Shown here piece after piece: positions 1 to 13,487 of a stretch of 64,000 bases of DNA. Below the pieces are notes generated by a model. That model did not search any database, was not told the DNA's origin, and saw only the letters and a list, made by a program, of their open reading frames with translations. A program made the translations under genes and the position numbers. Source of the stretch: Octopus sinensis (taxonomy: Eukaryota); contig NC_043003.1 of the NCBI RefSeq assembly GCF_006345805.1, positions 19,282,001 to 19,346,000 of the forward strand, in the 5' to 3' direction. Position 1 is the first letter of the stretch; every line of letters starts with the position of its first letter.

Positions 1-1827
1 CCCAAAATTTGCACATACATCCAACATGATCCCAAAACACTAAGATGTGGACTCATTATCTATACCTGTTCACTATCCATTCCTCTACAACTTTAATGTA
101 ATCACCAGGAAGTATGACAAAAGACATGTATCATGCACAGCAAAAGACACCCCACTCCACAGTTTATTTCTGCTGTGTATAGGCAACCACTAAACCTACT
201 GAAAATACTGCCATAGTCCATAGCTGGCAAAGATCTCATACAGTGTGGACAGCTAGCTACAATATGAACTGCAATCACAACTCTTAATCAAGAAATTCTT
301 CAGAAAGCCAACTGTAGCATTTAACAACTGGAACAGTATGTCCACCAAAATGAATTATTCTTGGTTCCAAATAATAATAAAACTGTCTTATACAAAGATC
401 AAACACTTGGTAATACCTGATATGGAAGAATACTTTCAGCAGAATTAGCAAAACTTTTTTGAATGAACCAAACTTTAGAAAAGCACCAAATTCCAATTTA
501 TACTTTGGTAAGAAGGGGCTGGATACCTTTCCTAATGAAATTTATAATAATATTTTGATTTTGTACCAAGGGAAATGTTTTCATTCCACATATTTTCCAT
601 CATACCATGCAATGTGCTATTTCAGTTTTAGTTCTTCCTATTTCTAGTGACACTAACTTTTTCTTTGATCATCAACAAGTCTCATGAGTGAGACCTCAAG
701 GTTGCTGACACAGAACCAACAAAAATATGTTTCTCTCATGGTTAGCTCTATCCTGCATGCTCACATGATAAGGGAAGGCAGGTATCTTTTCACCAAAGAA
801 CAAACCACAGAAAGAGAAATGCTGTCTTCAAGAGAACTCTTGAATAAAATACACCACTATTACAAATGCCTTTGCTTTATATATTGCATATCAATTTAGT
901 ATTATACATATATATGACATAAAGACATCATTTATTAAGGACTCAAAACTAAAATTATCAATAAACACAGCTGCAAAAGCACATCATAGAAACCTAGAAG
1001 ATTCATACCTACTTTACAATAAAAAATATATATCAATAGAGTTATGTACGAAAAAGAATTGCATTAAAACACAAGTCAGTTTAACTAAAAAATATTTCTA
1101 CATATTTGATGCTTGGACAACGCCGGGTGCTTTCATGATGTGTGTGTGTGTGTGATGGGTGTATATATGTATACGCATATTACATGTTATATGTAATACA
1201 TGCACTCCATTTCTACATAACGGTCGACAAGTAGTTATATTCATTACTTATATAATAAATATTCACTTAGGCAGTAGCAGCCACTAGTTGTTGTGCCTCT
1301 CCAGGTTATCCTTATAATGTAAAGACATTCAAATCGTGACCATCGCGTCTTATTTTCGCATTTAGTGTAATTAGTTATCTCGAATCAGATTACTGTATTT
1401 TCAAGTTTTAGGACTGCAAGTTGTGTTCTTCGCTAAATTTGGCTACTATTTCTAGCAGTTCAAGGAAGCATTTACGTGGGTGATAATTGATCTGCTAGGA
1501 ATAGTGGCCAACTCTTCAACACTTTGGTTTCAAGACAATATAGTCCTCGCCCGTGACTAAGAAAAAATGACGTAAGGGCAACTGAAATGTCTGATCAATA
1601 AGGGAGTTAAATAACAATAAATTTTGGGGTACACTTAAAAATCAAGTCAGTACTGAGACAGGGCATACCGACACAAGTGCCACCCCGAATTTGTTTCCTC
1701 ATATTTTTTAAGGAATAATGGATATTTGTTAATGAAATGTTCTACAAATATCTCTCAGATGGTGTAGATAACGATTATATCGTAATTTAGCGTGTCGGTG
1801 GGTGGGGAGAATTGGTGAAAAGTATTT

Positions 1828-2241
1828 ACTCTTTACTCTTTTACTTGTTTCAGTCATTTGACTGCGGCCATGCTGGAGCACCGCCTTTAGTCGAGCAACT
1901 CGACCCGGGACTTATTCAAATGTAAGCCCAGTACTTATTCTATCAGTCTCTTTTGCCGAACCGCTAAGTGACGGGGACGTAAACACACCAGCATCGGTTG
2001 TCAAGCAATGCTAGAGGGACAAACAGACACACAAACATACACACACACACACACATATATATAATATATACATATACACGACAGGCTTCTTTCAGTTTCC
2101 GTCTACCAAATCCACTCACAAGGCTTTGGTCGGCCCGAGGCTATAGCAGAAGACACTTGCCCAAGGTGCCACGCAGTGGGACTGAACCCGGAACAATGTG
2201 GTTGGTTAGCAAGCTACTTACCACACAGCCACTCCTGCGCC
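1828..2241 (-). mobile_element. tRNA-derived CORE-type SINE (family A), full length
   Basis: Minus-strand head GGCGCAGGAGTGGCTGTGTGG (A box) and GGTTCAGTCCC (B box), CORE-like CCTTGGGCAAGT, internal (CA)n, tail ...GCGGTGCTCCAGCATGGCCGCAGTCAAATGACTGAAACAAGTAAAAGAGTAAAGAGTA. Further copies at ~34143-34320(+), 34790-35551(-), 43040-43389(+), 45360-45942(-), 50520-50922(-), 59912-60295(-), 62170-62400(-). Confidence 0.9.
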
Positions 2242-4016
2242 TATTTGTAGAAATTTCTTACGAAAATTCCATTTTTTCTGAAAGTTATGAGGAAATAAAA
2301 TCAAATTCATGTGAATTATCTGAGACGCCTCTTCCCCATCTCAATTTTCCACAAATTCCAATGTAATCCGAATCTACTGCTAAGTATTCGTAGGAAATTT
2401 TATTAAAATAATATCCATTTTTCTAAAAGTTATGAGAAATCAAAGTCGGTAGGGGCACAATTATGTAGGTTATGGCCTGAAACAGCAGACAGATGATCAA
2501 AGGCGTTCCAGCCATGGACAATCCCTCTTTTTTTTTTGTTTTGGAGGTGTATGTAGTAGTACATTATCCAATGTGTTGTGCCTTTCCTTCTTAAAAACAG
2601 TAGTAATTTGAAGACTTGACTGCTATTTCTAGCATGTCAAGCGACTCTAGTTATGTAAATAAGGTGGCGCGTTATCTTATTCATAGATATAGCACTCAAA
2701 AATTATTTGCTATTATTGTTTTGTGTTGACAACGCTTATGGAAAATGTTTTCATGAAAGGGAAATGACCAGTCTTGGAAATATCTACCGATTCGTTGAAT
2801 AATAAAAAAAGACTTAAGGTTTATCAGACACATAAAATGAAATTGATCGAAAGTTGCATAATGTTTATGTCAATATGTGTGAGTTTTTGTGTATGTATAC
2901 ACACACAAACATACCAATACTTTATTTATTTATATAATTTGTTTATGTATTAGAAGCCAAACGCCGAATTAAAGCGAAAGGTTGAAACGGAACTTAGTAA
3001 GCCAATCATTATTTAGAATAATAAATCCTTGTTCATACAAATACACTTAAGATATATGTCTATATAATTTATTAATATGTTTGCTTACAGGTTTATTAAT
3101 CGGAGCGAGTGATCTGGGTGCAACGTAACCTGCTTTCATTGTCAAACTTTCAGATAGTAATAATTTTCACGGCCGCGGGATAATTTTTTTTAACGCTGTG
3201 CTCCGACCGTGTAATTATTTTTTTGTTGTATTTTCCTTTTTCTTCTTTCATTGAACTGAACGGTTGGGAAGAGGGGGTGGGTCCTTAACTCCTGAGGCAG
3301 TAGGAGGGGCGCCGTAGCGATATATGGGTATGGGTCCGGGAACAGGGGCTGCAGGCGGTGCAAGTGCACCTCAAATATTTTGGGGGTGCAAAATCAAAAT
3401 TTGCATCCCTACTTACTTTTCTCGGGTTTAGAAAACTGCGTGAAAAATGATCTGTTATAAGTAACTTGAAGTTAGGTTTCTTCTCAAAGAACAAGGAACA
3501 AAAATAAATGTTAAAAAATAAAACCTTGTTTGCAAAAAATTTTGGACCTGGATTGGCACCCTATCAACAAATTTCGTTCCTGAGCCAGTGGGTATGGGCA
3601 TTTAAAAACCTCCAAGAGCCCGACATTCTCCAAGCCTGATCGTTGCCGATTTCGTCCAGAAAGAGATATAAAGCGAAAGACAAAGATAAAAAAGGCTTGC
3701 ATCCAGTTCAAGGCTGATGCTTTACCTATTTAACTACCCGAAACGATAGAAGATAAATTGACTTCGGTAGGGTTTGAACTCTGACATCGGGGCCAAAACA
3801 AATACGCAAAGTATTCCTACCCGACAATCTAACGACTTTGTCAAATCGCGGCCTGTGCGAGAACTATAGTCTTAGCTGCAATTTCGAGAAGGTTGAAAGA
3901 TCGCAATAACATGTCTAGTCATTTAGAAAGAAGTGGGGGTTGGCGACAAGATGGGTACTCAGTCGTAGAAAATTTGCCTTAATAACTTTGCCTGACCCAT
4001 GCAAGTATGGAAAAAT

Positions 4017-4564
4017 AGTGAGCGTTACAACGATTATGATGTGCATGTATAATTACAGTTCCAATAAATACATGATCGAAACAGATTCAGGTGATGTTTG
4101 TCACTTTCACTTTCTCAGAATTAAGTATGAGGTCAGAACGTTCTCGGATCAAGTCTAAAAAAGTGCACCAGTGCACCAATACCATTCACATTTTTTTTTC
4201 TTTTGTGTATTATGCGAGCGATTAGTCTCCCAGAATGCGCATTGTCTTGAACCTTCACTCGAACGGCCTTGAAACGCACACCAATAAAAGCCCATGTTCA
4301 ACCTAAAGCATGTTCTCAGAAAGCCTGAGTGAATGAAATTCTATTGTTACTATGGGAAGTATTGAGTGGTCTTTAAGGTCGTAAATTCTGCAGTGTTTTA
4401 GAAGAGATCGTCAAGGAAACCATTTCGAATGTGACTGAGCCAGGATGTTTACAGTTCTAATTCTGAGAAAGTGAAAGTGACTAACATCACTTAAATCTGT
4501 TTCGATCATGTATTTATTAGAACTGTAATTACACACGCACATCTTAATCGTTGTAATGCTCACT
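4017..4564. mobile_element. Non-autonomous element with ~106-bp terminal inverted repeats (MITE/foldback-like)
   Basis: 4017-4122 is an imperfect reverse complement of 4459-4564. The ORF track shows the same peptide NYSSNKYMIETD..DV.HFHFLRI on opposite strands. Confidence 0.7.
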
Positions 4565-4883
4565 TTGTGTGTGTGTGTGTGTGTGAGCGCCAAAGGGCGA
4601 TCCTTTGAATGATACAAGTCCATCTGACGAGCTTCCAAAATTTCTGCCTGAGTCAATCCAAGACATTTGGCCCAAGATGCCACTAAGTGACGGTTGAAGA
4701 CTGTAAGACAGGGTTGATCTCAGCGTATTCGAACTTAGATTAGAAAAGGAATATAACTAAATACTAAGCACCATAGTTTGTCTGTCACTCTACCGATTCA
4801 GCATTGTGAGAATGGCATTCTCAACTGTTATTCACGATAACTAATAAATGCCGCTAATACTGACGAAGGCTGTTAAACGAGAC

Positions 4884-5075
4884 GAATATCCCACACGTAA
4901 AAAGCACCCACTACACTCACGGAGTGGTTGGCGTTAGGAAGGGCATCCAGCTGTAGAAACATTGCCAGATAAGACTGGAGCCTGGTGCAGCCTTCTGGCT
5001 TCCCAGATCCCCGGTCGAACCGTCCAACCCATGCTAGCATGGAGAATGGACGTTAAACGATGATGACGATGATAC
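4884..5075 (+). mobile_element. 3' end fragment of the RTE-clade LINE (or derived SINE)
   Basis: GGCGTTAGGAAGGGCATCCAGCTGTAGAAAC...GGACGTTAAACGATGATGACGATGAT matches the 3' terminus of the RTE copy at 13488-13700. A diverged copy lies at ~9260-9410. Confidence 0.8.
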
Positions 5076-5177
5076 GACACTAATTCTCAAGACTTACTCC
5101 CAGACGTTATTTAAATCTTCTGATTTAACTTAGAGACTACAAAATGTCCCCCAAATGATAGCATATCGCATTATTCT

Positions 5178-5598
5178 TATTTCTTTATTGCCCACAAGGG
5201 GCTAAACATAGAGTGGACAAACAAGGACAGACAAAGGGATTAAGTCGATTACATCGACATCAGTGTGTAAGTATCTGGTACTTAATTTATCGACCCCGAA
5301 AGGATGAAAGGCAAAGTCGACCACGTCGGAATTTGAACTCAGAACGTATCGGCAGACGAAATACCTATTTCTTTACTACCCACAAGGGGCGAAACACAGA
5401 GAAGACAAACAAGGACAGACAAACGGATTAAGTCGATTAGATCGACCCCAGTGTGTAACTGGTACTTATTTAATCGACCCCGAAAGGATGAAAGGCAAAG
5501 TCGACCTCGGCGGAATTTGAACTCAGAACGTAACGGCAGACAAAATACCGCTGAGCATTTCGCCCGGCGTGCTAACATTTCTGCCGGCTCAATGCCTT
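5178..5598 (-). mobile_element. tRNA-derived SINE family C, tandem dimer
   Basis: Two ~190-bp units joined at GACGAAATACC|TATTTCTTTAC (5365/5366). Head GGCAGAA..GTTAGCACGCC with B box GAGTTCAAATTCC, and central GCCTTTCATCCTTTCGGGGTCG. Confidence 0.85.
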
Positions 5599-6021
5599 CA
5601 CATTATTCTACAAAGCCAATTCACAGTTGTTAGTTTCTTTGGATGCATATGGAGGAAATAAAGAGTTTTGCTTGAGGAGGGCATCATTATAGCAAGCGTG
5701 TGCAAAATAAAGTATCTTCATCAAAGAGTAGGAAATGAATCGCAGATTTTAACTGCCGTTCCAGAAGCTTGACTCAGGGTCATCTAACATTATTTTAGGC
5801 CTCCAAGGAAAAGCAATGAAGAGAAGCCCCTATGTACACAACCACAATATACATAGCATTGGAACTCTAGACACTTTGGGCCCCTGGGCAGCTGCCCACT
5901 GTGCCAGCAACATACGGTACTAGTTTAACTCAGCGGTGCTGGTTACTGATTTGTTGCTAGGTCAGTCTGAATGAGCAGAACTGTAAACATCACGTTTTTC
6001 TAGTCATAGTATATCCAGTAG

Positions 6022-6405
6022 GTGGAGGCGCAATGGCCCAGTGGTTAGGGCAGCGGACTCGCGGTCATAGGATTGCGGTTTCGATTCCCAGACCGGGCGT
6101 TGTGAGTGTTTATTGAGCGAAAACACCTAAAGCTCCACGAGGCTCCGGCAGGGGATGGTGGTGATCCCTGCTGTACTCTTTCACCACAACTTTCTCTCAC
6201 TCTTACTTCCTGTTTCTGTTGTACCTCTATTTCAAAGGGCCGGCCTTGTCACTCTCTGTGTCACGCTGAATATCCCCGAGAACTACGTTAAGGGTACGCG
6301 TGCCTGTGGAGTGCTCAGCCACTTACACGTTAATTTCACGAGCAGGCTGTTCCGTTGATTCGGATCAACCGGAACCCTCGTCGTCGTTACCGACGGAGTG
6401 CTTTC
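6022..6405 (+). mobile_element. tRNA-derived SINE family B, tail type 1
   Basis: GGCGCAATGGCCCAGTGG (A box) and GGTTTCGATTCC (B box). The tail ending GACGGAGTGC also occurs reversed at ~29762-29930. Confidence 0.85.
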
Positions 6406-6919
6406 ACAGTATATCCAGGATGAGATTACGAAATTGTAAGACAGTTGGATGAGTCGGATGAGACGTCGAGGCTCATTTGTAAATAGTGTATTGATTTTTT
6501 TAATTTTGTTATTACGAGCGAGATAAAGGCAGTGAGCTGGAAAAGTCGTTAGCACGCCGGACAAAAGGCTTAGCGGCATTTCTTCCATCCCTTTACGTTC
6601 TATATTCAAATACTGCTAAGATGTTAACTTAGCCTTTCGTCTTTTCGAGGTTAATATAGTACCAGTCAAATAGTGGGGATCGATGTAATCGACTAGCACG
6701 CTCCCCTCGGATGTTGTTGTCCTTGAGCCAAGATTTGAAACAGTTATGAGATGAGGACAACTTGTTGGGAAGAATTTAATCAACTGAATCGATCCGAGGT
6801 CATGACTGGTATTATTTCAACGAAACCAGGGAATAAACGAAATAAAGGTAAGGCCATCACCAGCAGAAGCTGAAATCAGAACGTTTGGGGACATACGTAG
6901 AAAAATCGGTCAATATACA

Positions 6920-7735
6920 GTTTAATCTCCGGTCAGGAAAAAAAAAACCCAGCCAACTAGGTGTAAAAAAATTGTGTAGAAAACGGATATGAAAACAAAA
7001 ATTTGCTCAAGCGAAGGTGAGAGGACTTTCGGAAAATTCACACGATCCGATTTTTTTCCCTCGTAACTTTCAGGAAAATGGATATCTTTTAGTGAAATAT
7101 TACAGAAACACCTTTCGAACAGCATTTACTGCGATTATAAAGAAATTTGTGGGTGTGGGGGGAATGGTTTTCCGAATGGGTGGGGAGAAGACTGTCGGAA
7201 AGTTCACACGATTCGTTTTTTCCCCTCATAACTTCCAGGATCTAGTTTAGCACAAGGTCACTAAAGCAAAAAAATAAATCCTAGTCCAATAGGTGTAAAA
7301 AAAAAACCTGTAGGAAACGAATATGAAAACAAAAATTTGCGCAAACGAACTGCGGGTAAGTGGGGAGAGAACTCTCGGAAAATTCACACGATCCGATTCC
7401 CCGCCCCCATAACTTTCAGGAAAATGTATATCATTCAACGGAATTTTAGAGAAACACCTTTCAAACGGCATAGATTACGATTATAGAGAAATTTGCGGGT
7501 AAAATGTTTTCCTGAAAGTTATGAGGGAAAAAAACCGATCGTGTGAACTTTCCGACAGTCCTCTCCCTACTCCTTCGGTAAACATTTTCCCCATAAATTT
7601 CTTTAAAATCGTAATTTGTGTCATTTGAACGGTATTTATATAAATTTTCATATATATATATATATATGCATTTTCCTTAAAGTTGAGAGAAAAATCGGAT
7701 CTTGTGAATTTTCCGAAAGACATCTCCTAAAACGA
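6920..7735. repeat. Cluster of a dispersed repeat family (AAAGTTATGAGG / CGGAAAATTCACACGAT motif) in direct and inverted arrangement
   Basis: Three forward subunits (~7020, 7180, 7360) followed by reverse subunits (~7505-7735). Related copies at ~1680-1830, 2240-2450, 21960-22160, 29600-29740, 31880-32150, 35560-36100. Confidence 0.7.
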
Positions 7736-9047
7736 CTGGAGCGTGAATGACACATATCAACCTTAAAAAAAAAAAAAGACAACGTAACACATTTGGTTTC
7801 AAAATTTTCGTCGCACGACCTTGGACCTGGTCACTGACGTAATTTTGGTGCTTTCGAATGACTAATATGTTGTCTTTCACGCTGCAACTCTTATTTGGCC
7901 TACTCATAAATAAAGGAGGGCGGTGAAGGAGCGAAAAAAAAAGTGTTTTTTTTTTTTTTTTTTTACTGATATCGACGGGTGGGGGGCAGGTATTTGTGTG
8001 AGAAACACTGCTCTGGAGTAGTGCGCGCCACAACCTACTATTATTTATAACGAAATGTATTACTCATACATATTAACAGACATACACACTAAGCGCTTGT
8101 ATTTAGCATTCTTCAGTGACATTTTTCACGATTTTGTTGATTTTGCTTTTGTAATGATTTCAGAATCTTCAATGTTTCAGATAAAAGAAAAATGAAATAC
8201 ATTAAATAGGATACAAGGACTGCTTGTGCTATAAATATATAATAAACCATATATTTATGCAATCGACTACCACTTATAAATACGCACATTACACACAGTG
8301 TGTGACTAAAAGTTGGTATTTTAGCAGGGTGAAGTTTTCCTTTTTAGCATGGTCAGAACCACAACGTTTAATGTGAGAAAAAGGAGCGCATTGAACAACA
8401 TACAAAGACTGTTTGAGTTATGAACCACACAATGTTTTATACAGGGAAGAGGTGGGGGCTATATTAAATGGATTGTGTAAAGTCAGTCTGCGTTAGGATC
8501 CAAAAGCATATCTTAAAGACCAATGATTTTATTCATCTTTCAATAACAAACATAACACAAAAATAGTACTTAGATTTACTTTTCATTTAAAAAATTTTTT
8601 TACATATATGACGAAAGAAAAACAAAGCAAAACGTGAAAATGACACTGCAGATTTGATACCGCTAAAATGTTAGCTTCCTGCAAACCCTAGACACACGCA
8701 CACCACCACCACCGCCGCCAACACACAGGAAGGCGAGTTTCATTGATACATACAAGAAATTTACAATATAAAAGTAAGAAACATACAGTAATTATTTCTC
8801 TCTCCTCCTCCTCTCAATGTCTGTGAATAAGTTAAAGAGAAGAAACATACAAACAATTATGCACGCTTACACACGCATTATAGTTTTCTTATTAAAAAAA
8901 AAAAATAGCCGATCGCTGAAGCAAATTTTTTATTCACACAGTCATATAACATATTGTCTGTGAGAAAAGACAGAAAATATTTAAACACAGATATAGATAT
9001 ATAGATAATATATATATATATATATATATATAGGATATATAGAGGAG

Positions 9048-9105
<58 letters not shown>

Positions 9106-9440
9106 CGGGCAGTCCTTAACACTTGCGAACGTAGGTTAAGTACATGGAAATCTTTAAAAAATCTTTTAATAATAGAATTTAGTGAATTATATACACAATG
9201 TATTGCACGTTTTGTGCAAATGTATATTGATGCGCGCAAACTTGTATTCAAAATGTATACGCCAGGATAAAAAGTACCCAGTTTACTCTGAAAAGTTAGC
9301 TGGCATTAGGAAGAACATCCGGCTCAGAAACCATGAGAAAGCAGACTTTGGAGCTTGTCACAATCCTCTGCTTCATCAGATCCTGTTGAACCAGCCAACC
9401 CAAGACAAGATATTAAATTATGTATATATATATATATATA

Positions 9441-9492
<52 letters not shown>

Positions 9493-9569
9493 TATATATA
9501 CACACATACACACACACACACACACACAACACAACACACACACACATAAAAAGAGAGGAAAAAATACAT

Positions 9570-9960
9570 ACATCATCATCATTTAATGTCCATTTTCCAT
9601 GCTGGCATGGGTTAGATGGTTTGACTGGGGCTGGTAAGCTAGAGAACTGTACCAGGTTCCAGCCTGTTATGGCTTAGTTTCTATGGCTGGATCCCCTTCC
9701 TAATGCCAACCACTCTACAGAGTGTACTGGGTGTCATGTGTCACTGGCTTGAGTGCCTTTCACATGTCACTAGTACTGGCCACGACCATGAATTCACTTA
9801 GCTTGATGTGTCTTCTCAAGCACAGCAAATCGCCAGAAGTCTTGGTCATTTGTCATTGCTTCCATGAGTCTCAACATCTGAAAATTACACTTCTCCACCT
9901 TATCTGGCATCTTCCTGGGTCTACCTCTCACAAGTTCCCTCCGCAATGAGAGATTAACAC
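9570..9960 (-). mobile_element. RTE LINE 3' fragment (ORF2 C-terminus, 3'UTR, (GAT)n tail)
   Basis: Minus translation RGRPRKMPDKVEK...DFWRFAVLEKTHQAK*, followed by the same 3'UTR as 13488-13700. Confidence 0.75.
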
Positions 9961-10019
9961 TTCATTAAACACACACACACACACACACATATATATAGAT
10001 ACTTAAATACACACATGCA

Positions 10020-12600
10020 CACAATGCTTCCAGAGTCAAGTCTGTGATTGGCAGGTCTTCTCAATAACCTCTTTATCAACAGATATCCCAGTCTTTTGTC
10101 ACCTTCTCCATGAGGGTGAGGGTTCTAAGGTCAGCCTTCATTACTTCATCTCATGTCTTCTTGTGTTTCTCTCTTCCACAAGTAATTCACACTTTTTTAT
10201 ACAGCTGTCCTCATCCATATACATCACATGTCCACTTGCACCTAATTGCCCCTACATCTAATTCCTCTTATGCCCAGCTTTTCTCACAGCACATTCATAT
10301 AATGTCAATTATGCACACTTACAGTACACATCCAATAGAGCATGCTTGTTACCTCCGCTTTAGTAAAGGTGGAGGTATTGTTTCAGTCATGTTTGTTTGC
10401 TTGTCTGTGGACAAGATATCTCAAAAATCACTGGATGGATTTGGATGAAACTTTCAGGGATGTTTGGCCTCGTGACTTGCACAGACTGATTAGATTTGGG
10501 GGTTGATCCGGTACAGGGCAAGGATTCTGAATTATTTTTCCTGTTTTTAGAGTGTGGTTCGGTTCATTTTTAGTATTCTCATTTGTGAGAGCATCAGGTT
10601 TATTTCAGATATTCTCATTTTAAAAATCATCTTTGGCTAATCGTTGAGAGGACGTTGGTGTTGCCTTGGTGGAGGTTTGCACTCTGAGTGCTCGTTTAAT
10701 TTTTTTTTTCAATCTTCAAATAAATCCCCAGCATTCAAGGCCCATATCTAGACACCGAACAGCATTGAAGTTCTAACACTAGCATCATATAATCTGCTCT
10801 TCACTTTGTTGGAAAAGACCTTTATTGCCAATAGTAGTAGTAGTGCCCTAAACTTTCTCCAACCCATTCTTACCTCCCTTGCTAATAATATCTAGGTAAC
10901 AAAAGCTATTTAACTACTTCTAGTGAGCCATCTAGACAATCAAGAGAGTCCATTTCCAGTGTGTTCATAATACATACTACTCTAGTACATTTATCACATA
11001 TGAAGCTTATGTTATCTGCTAGTATGCCTACAATATAGTGTATGAAGTTTATTCCTACTCCTTTTCTGTATATCAAGCAGAGCCATTTCTGTGAGGTACC
11101 TTCTTACTAAAACCTTTGTCTTCACTTAGTTTACCTTAAGACCTCTTGATTCTGGGTTTAGCCTCAATGCCCCAAATATCCACTAATTCTTGTATAGGTT
11201 CAGCTATGACAACTAGATCGTCAGCATACAAGAATTTCCATGGAGAGCTTATGATGAACAGGAGGGGGAATGAGGTCAGAGCCTTGTTGGACTCCAACTC
11301 TCATACTAAATTTCTCACTGAACTTCTCATTGACTCTCACTTTACTTACTGTGTAGGTTTACTTATCACATGGGTTATACAGCTCTCACAAGTCATTCGT
11401 CTATGTCTAGTTTCCTTCGTAACCACCAGATAACTGTACATAGTGCCATACCAAACACCTTAAAGTCAATCAAAGCCAGAGACAATAGTATTCTTTTAGC
11501 CAAGTAATTCTCCCACTAGGAACATTGAAGCCATGGTACCTATACTAGGTAGTAAACCAAACAGCATCTCATCTAGGTCTACTCTGTCACAAATCAATTA
11601 TGCTATGACTCATGAAGGAATTAGCATTCTGTCTGATCCAGTAATTTAATTCCTCTAACTGCTTCTCTCCATGGCATCTCATCTAGGTCTTGTAACAGTT
11701 TACAATGATACTATTATTACACCAGTCAGTGAGTATGACTTTTTGTATAACTTGATAAACAATCCAAGTGGTAATCATGTACCCTATCTATCTCACCAGA
11801 TATTTCGAGTATCTACACAGTTAATCCTGATGAACTAATAGGGTCCTTCTATAAAATCAGCATGACTTAACCCCTACTTTATTTTATGAGTTCTCCCATG
11901 TTCAACACCCTCTCCATAACAGCACTTCCATGCCACTTTTTTGTCTTCTACATTAATGGCAAGTACACTATGAATACACTTCTCACTACTGGCATCTTGG
12001 CTGTCTCTCCTGTCCTGTTTCGCAATCCTGAATACCTCACAAATCTAATCATCACGTTGCAAGAGAAGCACAAATCCCCACTTCTCTCCCTCACCCTTAG
12101 CCAAACACACTCATCATCTAGCTCCTGTTTTAATCATTTGGTAATATTCCCGACTACTACCTTCCATATCATTCTGTCATCACACTACTTTCAGATTGGA
12201 TGAGAATTTTCCTCTAGCAGCATCATCTCTTCTGCAGCCTTGAGGAAGTTATTTCACACAAATTCACAGTTCTCCCTACAATCATGTGCATCAGAGTTTC
12301 CCAAAACTTGTTCTCAATTGTGGGATATTTTAGTTTTCATATCTTCTCTCTGTGTCATAATTCATTTCTGTGTCTTTGTAGCTCTGACTTTGAAGTCACT
12401 AGGCACTAATCTATATAATACAGGGCATTCTTCACTGGGAAAGGTTTTGGTACTTACAATACCTGTGTTACTTTTTCTAGTAAGAAAGTAATCTAACTGA
12501 TGGGTGTATATGCCAGATTGGTAGATGGTGACTTGGTTAGCAGGCTTCCCAAAGAATGTGTTGCGAATTGTTAGATCAACTGTCTCATGATCTACTCTAG
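10020..12600 (-). mobile_element. Old, heavily mutated RTE-clade LINE ORF2 (APE endonuclease + RT), interrupted at 10346-10700
   Basis: Degenerate motifs with many stops and frameshifts: NTFFGKP...QLDYFLTRK (~12480-12570, endonuclease), GVQQGSDL and YADDLVVIAE (~11200-11320), and KKTWDEVMKADL (~10130-10170). Confidence 0.8.
10346..10700 (+). mobile_element. Helentron-type non-autonomous element (HINE/DINE-1-like)
   Basis: 5' TTGTTACCTCCGCTTTAGTAAAGGTGGAGGT stem-loop, internal (GTTT)-rich tract, 3' subterminal CCTTGGTGGAGGT complementary to the 5' end, then hairpin GCACT-CTG-AGTGC before a T-rich end. Confidence 0.65.
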
Positions 12601-12659
12601 GAGCCTTACATCCTCCTCCTTTCTTGCATTATTATAATAGCTACCATGTATGTAATGGT

Positions 12660-12993
12660 ACATACACATATATACATATACATATCTATACATATATATA
12701 TATGCATACATATATATACACACATATATATATGTATATACGCACATACATATATATTTACATATACACACATACATATATATTTACATATACACACATA
12801 CATATATATTTACATATACACACACACATATATATTTACATATACACACACATATATATATTTACATATAGACACACATATATATATTTACATATAGACA
12901 CACATATTTACATATAGAAACATATATATATACATATATACACATATACATATACATATATACACATACACACATACATATATATATACATAC

Positions 12994-13030
<37 letters not shown>

Positions 13031-13031
13031 C

Positions 13032-13066
<35 letters not shown>

Positions 13067-13071
13067 CATAC

Positions 13072-13106
<35 letters not shown>

Positions 13107-13111
13107 CATAC

Positions 13112-13146
<35 letters not shown>

Positions 13147-13151
13147 CATAC

Positions 13152-13186
<35 letters not shown>

Positions 13187-13487
13187 CATACATATATATA
13201 CACACACACACATATATATATACATACATATATATACACATACATAGACATACATACATATATACATACATATATATACACATACATAGACATACATACA
13301 TATATACATACATGCATATATAAATATATATACATGCATATATAAATATATATACATGCATATACACATATATACACACATATATATATATATACATATG
13401 CATATATACATATATATCTATATATGCATATATACATATATATACATATGCATATACATATATATATCTATATATGCATATATATAC
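12660..13487. repeat. Compound (TA)/(CA) microsatellite
   Basis: Direct reading; all Y/I/C/V/H/T-rich ORFs here are artefacts. Confidence 0.95.

Noticed and set aside
1-900. Short ORFs at the window start
   Set aside because: Multiple stops in all frames and no recognisable motif; possibly an old TE relic but not supportable.
3250-3375. Pro-rich minus-strand frame ALAPPAAPVPGPIPIYRYGAPP...
   Set aside because: Only ~40 codons, weak acceptor, and the GC-rich context looks like a repeat fragment.
6022-6100. tRNA-like sequences (also at other SINE heads)
   Set aside because: A and B boxes are present, but they continue directly into SINE bodies and I could not fold a full cloverleaf; called as SINEs, not tRNA genes.
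9340-9390. CTGATGA hammerhead-like core on the minus strand
   Set aside because: No properly placed GAAA or helices; lies in a diverged RTE-tail repeat.
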